This document shows, piece after piece, positions 1 to 12,870 of a stretch of DNA of 64,000 bases (the first letter of the stretch is position 1; every line of letters begins with the position of its first letter). Origin of the DNA: Fistulifera solaris. Taxonomy: Eukaryota. The position numbers were made by a program, and so were the translations under genes. The notes beneath the pieces were generated by a model, which was not told where the DNA came from, did not search any database, and worked only from the letters and a program-made list of their open reading frames with translations. Location of the stretch: assembly GCA_030295235.1 (NCBI GenBank), contig AP026134.1, forward strand, positions 434,001 to 498,000, read 5' to 3'.

Positions 1-1690
1 AACATTCAGTAGTTGTTGTTTGTCGTCGGATGATAAGCAACAAAACTGAGCATTTTCCAAGAAAAGGTATCGATCGTCGTCATGATGCATTTCTCCTTCA
101 ATCTTGCATCTTGATGTCAACAACGAGTGAACCATGGCTGAAGCCATTTTCCCATTAGACTTTGACACTCTTGTTGAGGCAGATAAAACAAGGCTCCCGA
201 CCTGCCGCATTGCAACCTCCCGGGGTAACTCAGAAATCAAATCCCTAACAATCACTCCAAACGGCGAGTCTTCACTTGGATGCGCTCCAAGGCTACACGA
301 CTCAACTAGAATCTCGCACAATTGCTTCCCAATCCCGTCTCTATGGCAGAATTCCGGGGCCATTTTCCACACGTCACAAAGCAGCCGAATAACAGCTTTT
401 TGATTAACAGGAGGAAGGACGGTAAAGAATTGATTGGCTAAAAGGCGATCTAGCAGGCTGATCAATTGGTCCATCAAAGACTTTTTCTTCTCTGCCGACT
501 TCACCCCTTTTCATCCGTGCCTGTACTAACTCACTAAGAAGCTCAGTGACATGTAAAAGAGCAGGGAACTTATTGAGTTCCTTCAGATTTTCAGTACATA
601 GGGTTTTCGACACACGGACGACATCAAGAACAAGCTGTCGAGCCTCTTCGCCTTTTAAATGCGTAAATAATTTACTAAGAAACGCGGAAACGACGTTCTT
701 GAGCAGATCCAGATTGCCTTTGACCATCGCCCCTCCCACACAATCCAGTGCGCATTTAATAACCACGTTTCCTTTTGAATGAAGCTTCCCCGAAGGGCCT
801 CGACAAACTTGGAATAAAAGCTGGGAAATACCATCGATCGCGTCTTCCTGTAATCGTTTCGCTGCTTCCGTTCGGGGTTCGTCGGCAGCGGCTAGCGCTT
901 TCAGAACCCTTTTTAGATGCCGTTTCCTCGCCGAATCAGATTTTAGCTTCCTAATCAAGGGAGCAAAGGTTTCGGCCGATAAGCGACGGACTAATTCGCG
1001 ACGGTGGGCCAGCGTCCGACCGTAATACTGACGCATCTGTTCCAAACAGGGTTCGTCCCCGTCACTGACGATCGACTCGCAGTCGTATCGAAAAATGTAG
1101 GACAATGTGCGAAAAACAGCCTCGACTACCGTGACATCCATGGGGCGTTGCTGTTGATCTTTAGATGGATAGAGCAGATCATCCAAGAAGCGTGGCAATA
1201 TTTTGGTATGGAGGAACTTGTGTATTTCGTGTCGCATATCCCTGGCAAACACCGCATAGAGGTGTAAAATATCGGTGGTAGCGTGGTTAATTGAGAAAGA
1301 TCGAGCCTCTTCCCTATCTTCATCCGGAGAAAGTAAGTATTTGTTGAGTATATCAACGATAGCTTCTGCATGATGCAATACCTCGGGAAGCGATCGGACC
1401 AGATGCCATATCTCGCGATAAAATCTACCGAATACTTCCGACGCATTCCTATCCATGGCAATGTCCAGCTCTTCAGCCAAAGTCGATGTAGAGTCTTCGG
1501 TACCTTTCTCATCATCCTTTCGTTTCGAGTGAACCTGTTCCTCCCGAACGGCGGCCGTCGTCACGCCATATCGTCGTTTGTAGTTTCGGTATATATCAGC
1601 GGAAGCACTTTTGGCGCGTTTACGGGATGAAGCAAACCGGAGACGCGTCTTAGAACGCCCATCCTGATTGAATGTCTTGGTTGTCTCCAT
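1..1690 (-). CDS. UTP20: UTP20-like small-subunit processome HEAT protein, N-terminal part; runs off the left edge
   Basis: N-terminal RLRFASS..RAK and FGRFYREIWHLVRSLPEVLHHAEAIVDIL resemble the UTP20 N-terminus; helical HEAT-like text follows. The ORF stop at 404 is probably caused by a frameshift near 430-470. Confidence 0.7.
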
Positions 1691-1997
1691 TTTGTTTCAA
1701 CGTTGTTTAATTGTGATTTGTTTCCAGGAAGAAAAATGTGAGAAGAAAATCATAAACGAAAACGTTTTGGTTGGTGACAATTGCGATGAGATCTCGGTTG
1801 ATGACAGACCAAAATCCTCCAGGAATTGTCTTCTCCCTCTAACAATTGTACATCGCGGATCGCGGCGAAGCTCTAGCACATAACTTTGACCCAATCTAGG
1901 TCAACAAACAGGCAATAAATAGCTACATCGATTGTTTATTCTAGTGCTGTGGCTACGAGAAGATTGCGAAGATTGCGAAGATCCCAACGTATAAAGA

Positions 1998-2056
1998 TGA
2001 GACTATGATTTCCTTCAAATCCAAATGACATGAGACTATGATCTCCTTCACATCCA
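1998..2056. repeat. Two near-identical ~27-bp direct copies (atgagactatgatYtccttcaMatcca), preceded by a 9-bp (gaagattgc) tandem near 1959-1982
   Basis: Seen directly in the UTP20/CENH3 intergenic region. Confidence 0.75.
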
Positions 2057-2288
2057 CCTTACGGCGTAACTGACAGAAGTAAACTATTTCAACTGAAAGA
2101 ATATAAACTTGCTTAGTTCATAGCTTATAAAAGCGCTGCGTTTCATATTCATTACTTTCTCATTATCATTACAACGAAGTGTTTCTTGTTCTACATCAAG
2201 TACGGCATGTTAAAATATGAACGAGCTCGAAGCTCTTGTACTTGTACACACCCATCTTTTAGCTTGTCGATCGCTAGTCGTAAACGAT

Positions 2289-2787
2289 CTATTCTCGATT
2301 CCATCCACGAATACGTCTCGCAAGTTGCATGTCTTTTGGCATAATTGTAACGCGTTTCCCATGAATGGCACAATGGTTTGCATCCTCAAACAATCCAACC
2401 AAGTGAGCCTCGGCGGCTTCTTGCAAAGCCAAAATGGCTGTTCCTTGCCATCGATAGGCAGTTCGGGACATTCCCTGCTGTATTTCACGAACGAGTCGAG
2501 CAAACGGCAAGCGTCGCAGAAGTAAATCCGTCGACCCTTGAAATTTGCGGATTTCTCGTAATGCACGTTCACCTTTTATCAGAGAGTTCACAGTGTGTGA
2601 GAAATCCCAAACAACCACAAATTCGCCCACTTGATAAAATCTACGTACCCGGTCTCATACGTCGCGTTCGTTTCACCCTAGGTTGTCGCTGAGCAGCTTC
2701 TTCGAAGGTTGGGCCACCTCGTGATCGACCTTGCCCTACTAAGCTCCCGCGTCCCCCTCGACGCGCTTGAGTCTTGTGTCTAACCAT
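2289..2787 (-). CDS. CENH3: Centromeric histone H3 variant (CENH3/CENP-A); 2 exons (2787-2649, 2572-2289)
   Basis: Splicing GTACGT...AAAG (intron 2573-2648) gives [14 protein letters not shown]...[60 protein letters not shown]. The H3 fold has a divergent tail, Q68->A, F84->W, T107->A and a loop 1 one residue longer, all CENH3 hallmarks. Confidence 0.88.
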
Positions 2788-3194
2788 ATTTGATGCAATC
2801 AATCAACTTTGTTCTAGCTAATGAGGCCTTGCAATAGGAAAAATACTTCGATTTATCTGAAAAGCTATTACTCCGCCGCAAAGTGCTGCTTGTCGGTCAA
2901 CGCCCTGCGCAGAATGGAAGCAGAACGCGTACTGTCTGACCGTTAAAATCCCCTTAAATACTTGGCTTTCCCGACGAGGCGCGAAGAAGGAATATGGGGT
3001 TTGACCTACTTGAAAATTCATAGTGTCTATGCCAACGGAAAGTTAATGTCGAACAAATCTATTGTACGTAGTACGCCGCGTAAAATATTTATTTCTCGAC
3101 GGCTGAAAAGCTATGGACTCGAAGAGCCTCAAAACAAAATAGAAAGGAAAAATGAAACGACAAGGACGATTTCTAGACTAATGCAATAACAAGA

Positions 3195-4398
3195 TTACTT
3201 TTTGACAGTAGCAATAGAACGTTCGTGCTTCCTCTTCAGCTCGTCGTGCCAGCCTAAAAACCTAGCCAGTTCATTTATACGATCATCGCAGTCGCCTTGA
3301 ACAAATAAGCTGCCTTTTCTCGTAAAGTCTCCGACTAGATCGCGATTGATTAAAGCCTTTTTTGACCCCGAAGCCATTGAAGGGATCATCGATACCTAAT
3401 TTCGCCAATATGAGACACGACTGAGCAGGTTCCGAACAAGTAAGTGCTTGTGGACTCAAAGCAAAGAAATGACTTACCGGGGCTACTTGCAAGGACGTTC
3501 CCATGACCAACACCAAGTCCGTTTTCTTGACATCTCTATGTAGAGAAGAGTGAAACCGCTCTGGAAGATTCTCTCCAAAGAACACGATGTCCGGCTTGAC
3601 GTAGGAACCACATAAATGACAAAGTGGAACTTTGCCAAGTTCCACGATCGACTGCTTCACCTTTTCTGCATCCGCTGGTTTGCGACACGAGATGCACGTT
3701 GACGTTCGGTAATGGCCATGACATTCAATGAGAAGTTCCGCGGGTGTGTTGGCTAGATACTCCAATCCATCAATATTCTGCGTGTAATTTCGTAGCAATT
3801 TCTTCTTCTCTGCCAGGAGCGCAATAAACGAGTGTGTTACTGTTGGAACATGTTTCAGTCCTGGCCACATTTCTTGGGCCAAAGAACAGAAAGGCTGAGG
3901 CTTTTTGCGAAAAAAGTCTAGCTCAAAGACTGCTTCCGGGTAGGGGAGGCGGAACTTTTGAAGGTTATCGTACTGTAATGCAATCCGAAAAATAAAACAT
4001 GTTAGATCATCATCAATTTACCAGCTCCGAGTTGAATAATCAAAATGCTGCAAACTCACCAAACCGGATCCCGGCGTACGAAAGTCGGGTATACCCGCTG
4101 AAACACTGATCCCCGCCCCCGTCAAGACGAGAATATTCTGCGATTCTTGGATCCAAAAACCCAATTGTTTCACCGAATGAGGTAAACTCTTGATCCACTC
4201 GTCGTCATGACGCGCTTCGAGCGGTGACGTATCTACTATTTTGAGTGATTCGATTTGATTCTGCAGCGAATCCACGTCGCTTTCCGAACCATCACTCAAG
4301 TCACTTCCCGTAGGTCGAAGTGTGCCATCCGACCGAGCAGTTTCATCTGCTCCGGAGACACTGCTTTCCGAGCGTAACGTGTTTTTCCTCGTAGTCAT
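3195..4398 (-). CDS. SIRT2: Class I sirtuin (SIRT2/Hst2-like) NAD-dependent deacetylase; exons ~4398-4060, 3972-3478, 3395-3195
   Basis: Motifs GAGISVSAGIPDFR, LYDNLQKFRLPYPEAVF, YTQNIDGLE, CHG, CxxC..CxxC, KPDIVFFGE, GTSLQVAP, INR and GDCD. GTGAGT/CAG and GTAAGT/TAG introns join the exons in frame. Confidence 0.92.
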
Positions 4399-5237
4399 AA
4401 AAGTAGATTGAATGGAGTATATTGTTCTGGAACTAATGACAGAGGGTGCCGGACTGAATGAGCCGAGTCGACGTTGATGAGAAAACGAAAAGCTGTTGCT
4501 AATGCGATAATGCCGGAAAAAGACCTGGGAGTTTTTTCCTTGCAGCATACAAAACAATAGGATGCAAGCTTGATCTGCAGAACGACCGATAATTCAGAAT
4601 AAAATTGTTAACCAAGTGCTTGGCTATTGAAACGTCGCGATGCTTGCGATGTCTCTTTTACTGTACAAGTATTAGGTGTATTGTTGTCTTCGTATTTACT
4701 ATAGGCCAAAATGTTTTTTGCCGTGACTACGACTACGGTCAGTCCTATTCCGTAAACGCCGTTCGTTTTGCAAACTCGCAAAGCTTTCTTTGCTTGAATT
4801 ACAATGCAATAGCCACCAGCTGCATTATTTACAAATGCGGGTATCAATTCATGATGATGTAGAAAAGTCTAGTGAAGCGTTCCTTCCATATTTACTGTAG
4901 CCCCAAAATGAAGGCGACCTTTCATCACGACTGCAATTCAGTCATGAATGACCCATTTTCTTCGCAACTTCGCCAACTCATTTTAGGCGTCCACCACAAT
5001 CTAGATTTACAACCGCGATAGTTTGCCTTACTTCTGTAGATGTCATGATTGCGCTGGTTCAATTTGATGCGCCAGTAAAAAGGGCGTCTTTCCTCGACTT
5101 TTAAAGCGAAGCCACGTTATGTACGACTCGATTTCAGTCACGAAATTGAAACAGGCGGACGAGGGACGAGTAATAAACAGCATCTTCACAAAATCACAAA
5201 ATACAAGTAATAAGGATGCACCATTTGACATGGTGGT

Positions 5238-6047
5238 ATGTGTCGATCCTTCCTTGTACTAATATCAAAAATCGTTCTTATCTTCTTAGCTCGAGTAGCC
5301 TATTCTCTTACGAACCAAATGAATACTGCCACCGGCGCGCTATCGTTCGTCACCGATATTTGTGGTGCATTGAAAGAACTGAAACGCACCGGATGGGTGA
5401 TGCGTCAGGTGCCCTTTCCGGAATCCGACAGCGACCACATGCATCGGTGTGCCATGTGTGCTCTACTCGTGAGTCAACCAGTGGATCCGTTGGATGATTA
5501 TTCCACGGACAGCACCTATCATCCCAGCCAGGTGGACAGTGGCAAGTTGTTGAAAATGGCCGTCACGCACGACTTGTGCGAATCACTGGCCGGCGATATT
5601 ACTCCCTTTTGTGGAGTGGATCACAATGATAAGCATGCGAAAGAAATGGCCTCCATGCAACGGATTCGTAGCATTGTGGGTGATCCTCTAGGAGAAGAGC
5701 TTTTCAATTTGTGGATGGAGTATGAAAGACAAGAAACAGTAGAAGCAATCTATTGCAAAGACATTGATAAATTTGAGATGGTCGTTCAAGCCTATGAATA
5801 TGAGAAAAAGTATTTACAGGTCAAGCCGAAGGATGTGGACCCTTTACAGGATTTGATGGAAGGCGAGGAACTGCCTTCTGTGGTTGACCAGCCATTGCGT
5901 CGCTTTTTCAAAACAACAAATTCTGTTTTTCGAACGCCATTATTCCGACGTTTAGATAATGAGCTTCGATATAGAAGAGAAGCGATGCTAAACGAGAAAG
6001 GAGGATGGGGTGTAACACAAGAAGAGCGACAGACGTATGGCAGTTAA
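5238..6047 (+). CDS. HD-domain 5'-deoxynucleotidase (HDDC2/YGK1-like)
   Basis: Motifs LKRTGWV, ESDSDHMHR, AVTHDLCESLAGDITP and KDIDKFEMVVQAYEYE. The true start may be ATG 5319. Confidence 0.9.
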   Translation: MCRSFLVLISKIVLIFLARVAYSLTNQMNTATGALSFVTDICGALKELKRTGWVMRQVPFPESDSDHMHRCAMCALLVSQPVDPLDDYSTDSTYHPSQVDSGKLLKMAVTHDLCESLAGDITPFCGVDHNDKHAKEMASMQRIRSIVGDPLGEELFNLWMEYERQETVEAIYCKDIDKFEMVVQAYEYEKKYLQVKPKDVDPLQDLMEGEELPSVVDQPLRRFFKTTNSVFRTPLFRRLDNELRYRREAMLNEKGGWGVTQEERQTYGS

Positions 6048-6290
6048 CGATCTTAAAGAAACAGATGTCGAAGAGAAAATATAGAGTTGATGCGGTCGCC
6101 TTGTTCTATATCAACTAGTCACTCGCGTTCGCTCTTGTCGATGTACAAGAACAAGCTAAAAGCCACCAATAGTCAGTAAATGAAGAAGAATGTAGAAATG
6201 GATAAAAAGACAAAACAAACGAAAAGTGTGCACAGTAAAGTCGTAAAAGTTCATGTAATTATATTGTTAGTTGAGGTCAATCGAGGGGAC

Positions 6291-6737
6291 CTAAGCAGTA
6301 AGAGGAGGTCGAGGAATATTCTCAAAGGCACCCAGTTGAACACTTCGCGGCAACGTGGCCCGCTTTCGACGCTTTGCCAGTGGAGAATCCGGGCACACCA
6401 ATTCAAACACATTGGAGCATTTCGGAGTCTGAATATTCGAATAATCGTGCCCCGCTGGTACTGGACTCGAAGGAGGAATTTCCCGAAGAATGATAGTATC
6501 TTCTTCCTCACCCTCGGAGTGATAGCTGAAAAACTCGGAAGATTCGGAACATTCCACTGTGGCCAACGTGTTTTGCGACTGCTCGAGAGAATTAGGTGCC
6601 TTCGGTTTACTCGCTAAATCGAAGAATTCCACCGAAAAGTTATCTGAACTGAGCATACTTGACGTTAATGATTCATCCAAAGTGGGAAGCATCTGAGACA
6701 GCTTCCTTCGACGTTGCAGCGCTTCATGGGAAGTCAA
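6291..6737 (-). CDS. Hypothetical Ser/Glu-rich small protein with C-terminal CPDSP and a KRRKR NLS-like motif
   Basis: 148-aa ATG ORF with disordered-protein composition; no family recognised. Confidence 0.5.
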   Translation of the reverse strand: MTSHEALQRRRKLSQMLPTLDESLTSSMLSSDNFSVEFFDLASKPKAPNSLEQSQNTLATVECSESSEFFSYHSEGEEEDTIILREIPPSSPVPAGHDYSNIQTPKCSNVFELVCPDSPLAKRRKRATLPRSVQLGAFENIPRPPLTA

Positions 6738-7649
6738 TTTTTTTCTGTCTTTTTGAAATTCAATTTACGGAAGCCAGCGATGATTGCATTTGCGGTGTTT
6801 ACTCCCTGAGTAGCCATGTCCTTATCACAACACAACTTTCTAGATCAAGAAAGGATAGAAACAAGAATGCTTGATTGAATAGGTTTCCTTTTGGTGTCAA
6901 ACGATGTCGTTTGCTTTTTGTTCTCTCTAGAGCAGCACCACTTTTCCATCAATTCACGCACGACTTTTTCCTTTGTTTGTGTTTACTGGTTATTCGGAGT
7001 TCGGAGTGTATTTTTGCCTACTTTTTCGTGTATACTGCGAATGCCTTGATGCCAAAACTTATCTGCCATTACTGTGTAGAAATTATACGAGAGAAACAGT
7101 AGGCCAAGACATTTTCCTTTGAGAAAACCTCCCAATCCTATTCTTCCACTACTATTTGACTTATTACTCCAAGTTTATTTTTGTGAGTATATTAATTTAA
7201 GTTGGTGGGGAGAAATAAGAAAGTAATTATGCCATACCATAATGTACTAGCTTCGGCATCATGAATCAATCATGACTCTACACTGTCTGATTTTGAGTAC
7301 TTTTTCCGATTCAACATATTGTGACATCATACTCGAGACTCGGAACCTTGACCGTGGAGGAGGAGTCAGTCTGACTGAAATACTGGTACTGGTACTGCAC
7401 CATGAAAGTGAAAGAGGTTGTCGTCAGCCAGTAAAGCACACGCAAGGCACACGTCAACCAAAAAATGATCAAGAGATGAGGTGAAAAGAAAAGAAGAAAC
7501 TTTCCACCCCCTTGTTGACGTGGAAGCCGAAAAGTCCACCCCAATGAGACGTGGCTTTCAAGTTACAAGTACTAGTAGTTTCTAGACGCAGCACGCAGCA
7601 TCCTTATCTTTCAACCTTTTCACTTTCATTTGCATTCAAAATTTAGCTT

Positions 7650-9506
7650 ATGAGGCAAATGATGATTCATTCTTTGTATCGAAGATTGGATGTGCAATTC
7701 ATGATTCTGCTGCTGAACGGAATACTTTTAAGTGATGAATCTCTTTACACAACTGCTTTTTCGACTTCAAGAACCGTGTCTTCTCACACACAAATCAGAC
7801 CTCACAGTCTCAGAATGAGTCATTTACCGATAGCAACGAAAGATGAGAGCGACACTGCAATTCATAACGAATACTTGCAAGACAACATGGACATATTCTT
7901 CGATGAAATCGAATCCCCCAGCGCGAGTGCACAAAAACAATTGACAACACTGGCCACAGCCAGCATTGTTGGGGTCTTGACCGGCGTGAACATTGTTATT
8001 TTTAAGAGATCGATCGAAGTCATGCGTGAATTTTGCTACGGAGACTCGTATATTGCGAACCATTTTCCGCTTTTTTCGATTCCGATGATTGGAGGAATAG
8101 CGGTTGGATTAGTCTTGTTGAGTGGGGAATTACCTCCCGGGTTACGACAAACAGTGACCGAAGTGGACCGCGACAGTATGGCTTCGATGATGCCCGAACG
8201 CACCGCCGAGAGATCACCATTGCGTCAGCTCCAACAGGGTGCACGTAAAGCCTTTGCCGCGGCAACAACCTTAGGGTCAGGAAACAGTCTTGGACCCGAG
8301 GGACCTTCCGTGGAGGCTGGTATGACAATGGCTCGTGTTGTATCCAATTTTGTCAATGATGATCGCACTCGGCGGTTTCAAGAGAATGCCCGTAAAGTCC
8401 TGGTGAGCCGAGGTGAATCAAGCGAAGACAGACGCGACGGATACTGGTCTCAGCTTGACGACAGTCCTATAATTCACGAAGCGATCAAGCGTCGGCGTTT
8501 GTTTTTGTCCTGTGGAGCCGCGGCGGGGGTCTCCGCTGGTTTCAATGCGCCCTTGGCAGGAGTATTTTTCGCCTTGGAGGTGGTTCAACGAGCTCTCCTT
8601 GCAGCAAGTGAAGAAGACGACGACACACCAAACAGTAAAACGCAAGACTCCCTTACAGTCGATTCGATCAGCATTAGTGCAATTCTTCTTTCCTCGGTGC
8701 TCTCTGCACTTGTAATTAAGTTCCTTTTAGGGAGTGAAGAAGCTCTGAGAGTCCCATCGTTTTCCTTGACGAATCCGCTTTTTGAGCTTCCGCTTTACCT
8801 TCTGTTGGGTTCTTTTGCTGGAATACTGGCGGCTTCCTTCAGTGCATTCGCGAAACTTACCAAGTCTGTTTTTGTAGGGGAGCTTGGTCCTGAATTTTTG
8901 AAGGACTTTTTCAAAACGATACCCAAGAACACGAAACCTTTGGTTGGTTCGTTGTTTTGTGGGTTAATGGGTGTCACCTACCCACAAACTCTTTTCTTTG
9001 GTTACGAGACACTCAATGGTCTTTTGGCCAGCAAAGTATTTCCAACGCAGGACGCACTATCACTACTAGCTGCGAAATTCTCCACCACTGCGGTGGCTGC
9101 TTCCTCTGGACTGGTGGGCGGAACGTTTGCTCCTTCCATTTTCTTGGGCGGTATGCTTGGGGCGGCCTTTCACAACTCTGCGGAATCCTTTGCTCATTTT
9201 CTGACGAATACATTCCCGCAAATCAGCCCACTGGTGTTTGACGTCTCCGACTTGCCCGCGTATGCCATGGTAGGCGGCGCAAGCGTACTTGCTGCACTTT
9301 TCCGCGCGCCGCTTACGGCCAGTCTGCTATTGTTTGAAAGCACAAAGAACTATGATGTGATTCTACCGTTAATGGCAAGCGCGGGCATCGGAAGCCTCGT
9401 TGGCGACATCATTGAGCAATTGTTGGAGGAACAACGGAGAGATTTAGACAATGTTTCTTGGGGTGATCTGGCCATGAAAAATGCACAAAAAGGTGATGAA
9501 CATTAA
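7650..9506 (+). CDS. CLC chloride channel/transporter, CLC-e/f-like, without CBS domains; possibly plastid-targeted
   Basis: Motifs GNSLGPEGPSVE (gating Glu), CGAAAGVSAGFNAPLAGVFFALE, GLVGGTFAPSIFLG and RAPLTASLLLFE. The hydrophobic N-terminus is followed by TAF-S/T/R-rich sequence. Confidence 0.92.
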   Translation: MRQMMIHSLYRRLDVQFMILLLNGILLSDESLYTTAFSTSRTVSSHTQIRPHSLRMSHLPIATKDESDTAIHNEYLQDNMDIFFDEIESPSASAQKQLTTLATASIVGVLTGVNIVIFKRSIEVMREFCYGDSYIANHFPLFSIPMIGGIAVGLVLLSGELPPGLRQTVTEVDRDSMASMMPERTAERSPLRQLQQGARKAFAAATTLGSGNSLGPEGPSVEAGMTMARVVSNFVNDDRTRRFQENARKVLVSRGESSEDRRDGYWSQLDDSPIIHEAIKRRRLFLSCGAAAGVSAGFNAPLAGVFFALEVVQRALLAASEEDDDTPNSKTQDSLTVDSISISAILLSSVLSALVIKFLLGSEEALRVPSFSLTNPLFELPLYLLLGSFAGILAASFSAFAKLTKSVFVGELGPEFLKDFFKTIPKNTKPLVGSLFCGLMGVTYPQTLFFGYETLNGLLASKVFPTQDALSLLAAKFSTTAVAASSGLVGGTFAPSIFLGGMLGAAFHNSAESFAHFLTNTFPQISPLVFDVSDLPAYAMVGGASVLAALFRAPLTASLLLFESTKNYDVILPLMASAGIGSLVGDIIEQLLEEQRRDLDNVSWGDLAMKNAQKGDEH

Positions 9507-9797
9507 AGGCGATTCTTTTTTTTTTATTAGGCTTTTGCTAGATTTCGTATACATTTGCAATGCACAGCTTGATCTTTGATGACATGAAAACGGTGGGGGT
9601 TGGTTCACTTCACCTGTTTTTACTATAGTCCCAAAGTGTTGGCTGTTTTTCATCACGACTGGTTTCAGTCATGAGAAAACCGTCCATTTTCTGACCTTCA
9701 CCCGTTCACGTGAAAATAGCGACAGCCGCTCCTCTGCTTGAAAGGCATTGCTTCGATGCACCAAAGAGTGAAAAGCAATAAACCATTGCTCGTCATT

Positions 9798-11188
9798 ATG
9801 TTAACTTGCGAACTATCTGGAGAAGTGATCGTCGACGGAGGCGTGGTGACGCCCTCCGGTCATGTTTGCAGCCGTCGAATCTTGCTGCAAAAAATTCAGG
9901 AGAACGGCGGATTGGACCCTTTACGGAAGGTCCGCTATCGGAAGATGACCTCATTGAACTCAAAACCAGCACCAACATTCCGCCACGAACAGCTGCGTCA
10001 TTCCCATCCATATTAAAGCAGTTACAAGAAGAGTACGATGCAGTGCTGTTGGAGTTGATTGACACGCGGGCGGCCCTGCAAGAAACGCGCCAAGAGTTGT
10101 CGACGGCCTTGTATCAAAACGATGCGGCGATTCGAGTCATTGCCCGACTTTCTGCGGAACGGGATGCTGCACGTAATACACAAATGGAACAACCACCGGA
10201 AAAGAAACGAAAGTTAGCGGCGGCTATCGAATCGCAGAATTTGTCGGAAAATGATCTTCGAGAGATGCAAGACGTTTGGGAGTCACTCAAATCGACACGA
10301 AAAGCTCGGCAGAAGGAAGCAAGCGATAAAGCGTGGAGTCCTGAACTGCATGCAGCTCTAAAAGTCTCTCAGCAAAGCATGCCATTGGAATCGCCCACTA
10401 GTTTGGCTGTATCTGCATCATCAATAGTCGGGTGCAGTAATAAGCAGTTGCTGCTTTATGACGCTCAAGAGCACAAAGCGATTGGTTCGGTGGATGCGAG
10501 CTTGTCAACTGTCGATATCGATTCAAAGCACATTGTTGGAGGCTCCGACTCGGGACTTTTGTCGATTTGGTCGTACCAAGATGGTATCAAACTGGCGCAT
10601 TCCGTTTCTGTAGAACAAGCTATTGTGCATGTCCAGCTTCATCCCAATCAGATGCACGTCATTGTTACAACACAGGATGGTGTCATTCGTATCTTTCGAA
10701 TTGAACAATCTCTTCCGGTCGTGGGGGTCTACAAAAATGAAGAATCTACTCTTACAAAAGGTGCGCTGCACCCCGACGGTTTAATCTACATTGTGGGAAC
10801 GACTACGGGAGCGTTGGCTATTTGGGATCTAAAAAACCAAGTTCTTGCTGGAACAATGGGTGGGGGTTCACCGGTTGTGGATGTCGTTTTCTCCAACAAT
10901 GGATATCACATAGCGGCAGCGCACGAAAACGGCGTTATTGTCATTTGGGATTTGCGAAAACAGAAAGAAGTGACACGGTTGGAGACCCCAGGTGTTTCCT
11001 CAGTGTGCTTTGATGCTACTGGAAAGTTTCTAGTGTATGGGCAAAGGGAAGGTGTTTCGATTACCGCTGTCAAGCAGTGGGATAAAAAAGTCACTATCCC
11101 ATGTCTGGGTGTTGAAAGGGTAGTCTGGAGTGAAGATTGGCTGGTCGTATCGACGCCTTCAGGAGTCCAATTTGTTGCACCCGCCTAA
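9798..11188 (+). CDS. PRPF19: Pre-mRNA processing factor 19 (U-box, coiled coil, WD40); frameshift near 9920
   Basis: U-box MLTCELSGE..VVTPSGHV..RRIL..GGLDP, then SFPSILKQLQEEYDAVLLE..RQELSTALYQNDAAIRVIARL and HPDGLI/FSNNGY WD repeats in a second frame. Confidence 0.92.
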
Positions 11189-11805
11189 CAGAACCTTGTT
11201 ATTAATCGATAATATAGCTGTCAAAGCGCATATGTAATCGCTTTTTGTGTGAAGCTCTTATTCATAGTACCGGTACTTGCGTCGCGAGACGATCAGTTTC
11301 GGATGTGCGGAAGTACTGTAGACTTCGTAGAAAAAGCGTTGTGATTGTGAACGATGAATCGTCGATGATGTGGGTTTAGTGAATGTCCTCAACACAGGAA
11401 AGTATCCTAGAGTCACCTTCATTGCCTGAGGTAAAAGCAGCACCTTCTAAAGGCTAATCTTTCAACTAATTCGTCAAGTTTCTTTACTATTTTCATTAAC
11501 TTTTCCGAGTCATGCCTCATCGTATCCCAACAGCAAAAAGTCGTCGAAGAAATGCGATCTAAATACCGGTAAGTGAATGAGCAAAAGGATCATAGCAACG
11601 AAGAAAGGCGACGACAGAGTGCAGTGTCGGAACGCATCAACCTAAGAAAGATAGGTCATTGTTTCGTAAACTAGCTGCGTTTGCATGAGATTCTCACCGT
11701 ATCCGAGGGATCTGTGAGTACTAGCACAGTCTTCAAATATCATCTTGTATCTGGCAGTGGCTCGACACCAACCGAACGCGTATTCGACTTAATCCTACAT
11801 GTAGC

Positions 11806-12793
11806 CTAGCCCGGTCTGCAGTAACAGAGAACCAAAAGCGATCGGATGAGCTTCAAGAAACGGCTCAAACAAATTCTTGACTTGGAACATCCTCTGTCGG
11901 CAGTCCGCTCCATTCTTCCCCGACGGACTCCGTGGCGACAGCTCGTTGTCGAAATCGTCGCACCGTACGCGTCCAAAAAGCTCATGATGGGTTCTACCGC
12001 AGACGAAATCGATGGACCCAATGGCGTCCTTAAATTTATTGGTGGAACAAATGACGGGCTACGCGTCAGAACGTTCACGACGGGCCACTCTTCCATCGTT
12101 TGTAGGCGACGTTCGTCGGTAATGAGTATGCCATCGAAACATCCCGCGCTGTGGAGGAACCCCGTAAGAATACCGGACAAATGGCCATAAAAAGAAATGT
12201 TGGGCAGGATCAGTTGCAGTACCAACAGTCTGTGACAACGAACACTTCAGTGGTGAGACACAAGCAGTGGAAGCACAAACATGCCGCGACTCTGCTTACA
12301 ATGCAAACGGATAGAATAAAGGTGGCACTTCGACCATTCCGAACAACGAACGCGATTGCGAACTGCTGGTCACATCTAACACCAGCATGTGAAACAAAAC
12401 TCCCGAAAAACCGACCGCGTGTTGCAAATACAGATCGTTGTTGCCCATTGCCAGAAACAGCAAGGATATTCCGATGTAAACCATGGGTATCATAACGATC
12501 GACAGAAAGGTGGATAAAAGATGGTAGAAAGTTCCGACTCGTTTCTCAACCGAGGAGCTGATAGCGAAAGCAGAAAGCATATTCAGTGCAATATGCAAAA
12601 AGTTCGCATGGAAAAATGCGTGTGTTAGGATGCGATAGACCTCCCAGTGCTTCACAATCCGTTGGGGACAGAGTGTGAAGGTTTGCAGCGGTAAATCGAA
12701 GACGGTTTGGCAGCCGTACACGACGAAGCAAACCGCTATCACCGTCAACGTGGAGGGTGGGACTAACTGCATCTCTTCATTTAATCGCGACAT
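11806..12793 (-). CDS. Rhomboid intramembrane serine protease (RHBDD1/RBL-like); intron 12230-12299
   Basis: Motifs YRILTHAFFHANFLHIALNM, catalytic GFSG and GHLSGILTG. GTAAGC...CACAG joins the two ORFs in frame. The 3' end is uncertain. Confidence 0.88.
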
Positions 12794-12870
12794 GATTTCA
12801 ATGATGGTTGATCGGTTGGAAGTGCTCTAATTATAAAATGGCCAGAGTCGTGCTTAAGCATAGAACCACT

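Noticed and set aside
11512..11680. Possible tiny gene (MRSKYR followed by GTAAGT; RPL41-like)
   Set aside because: No downstream exon with the Arg/Lys-rich eL41 sequence was found.
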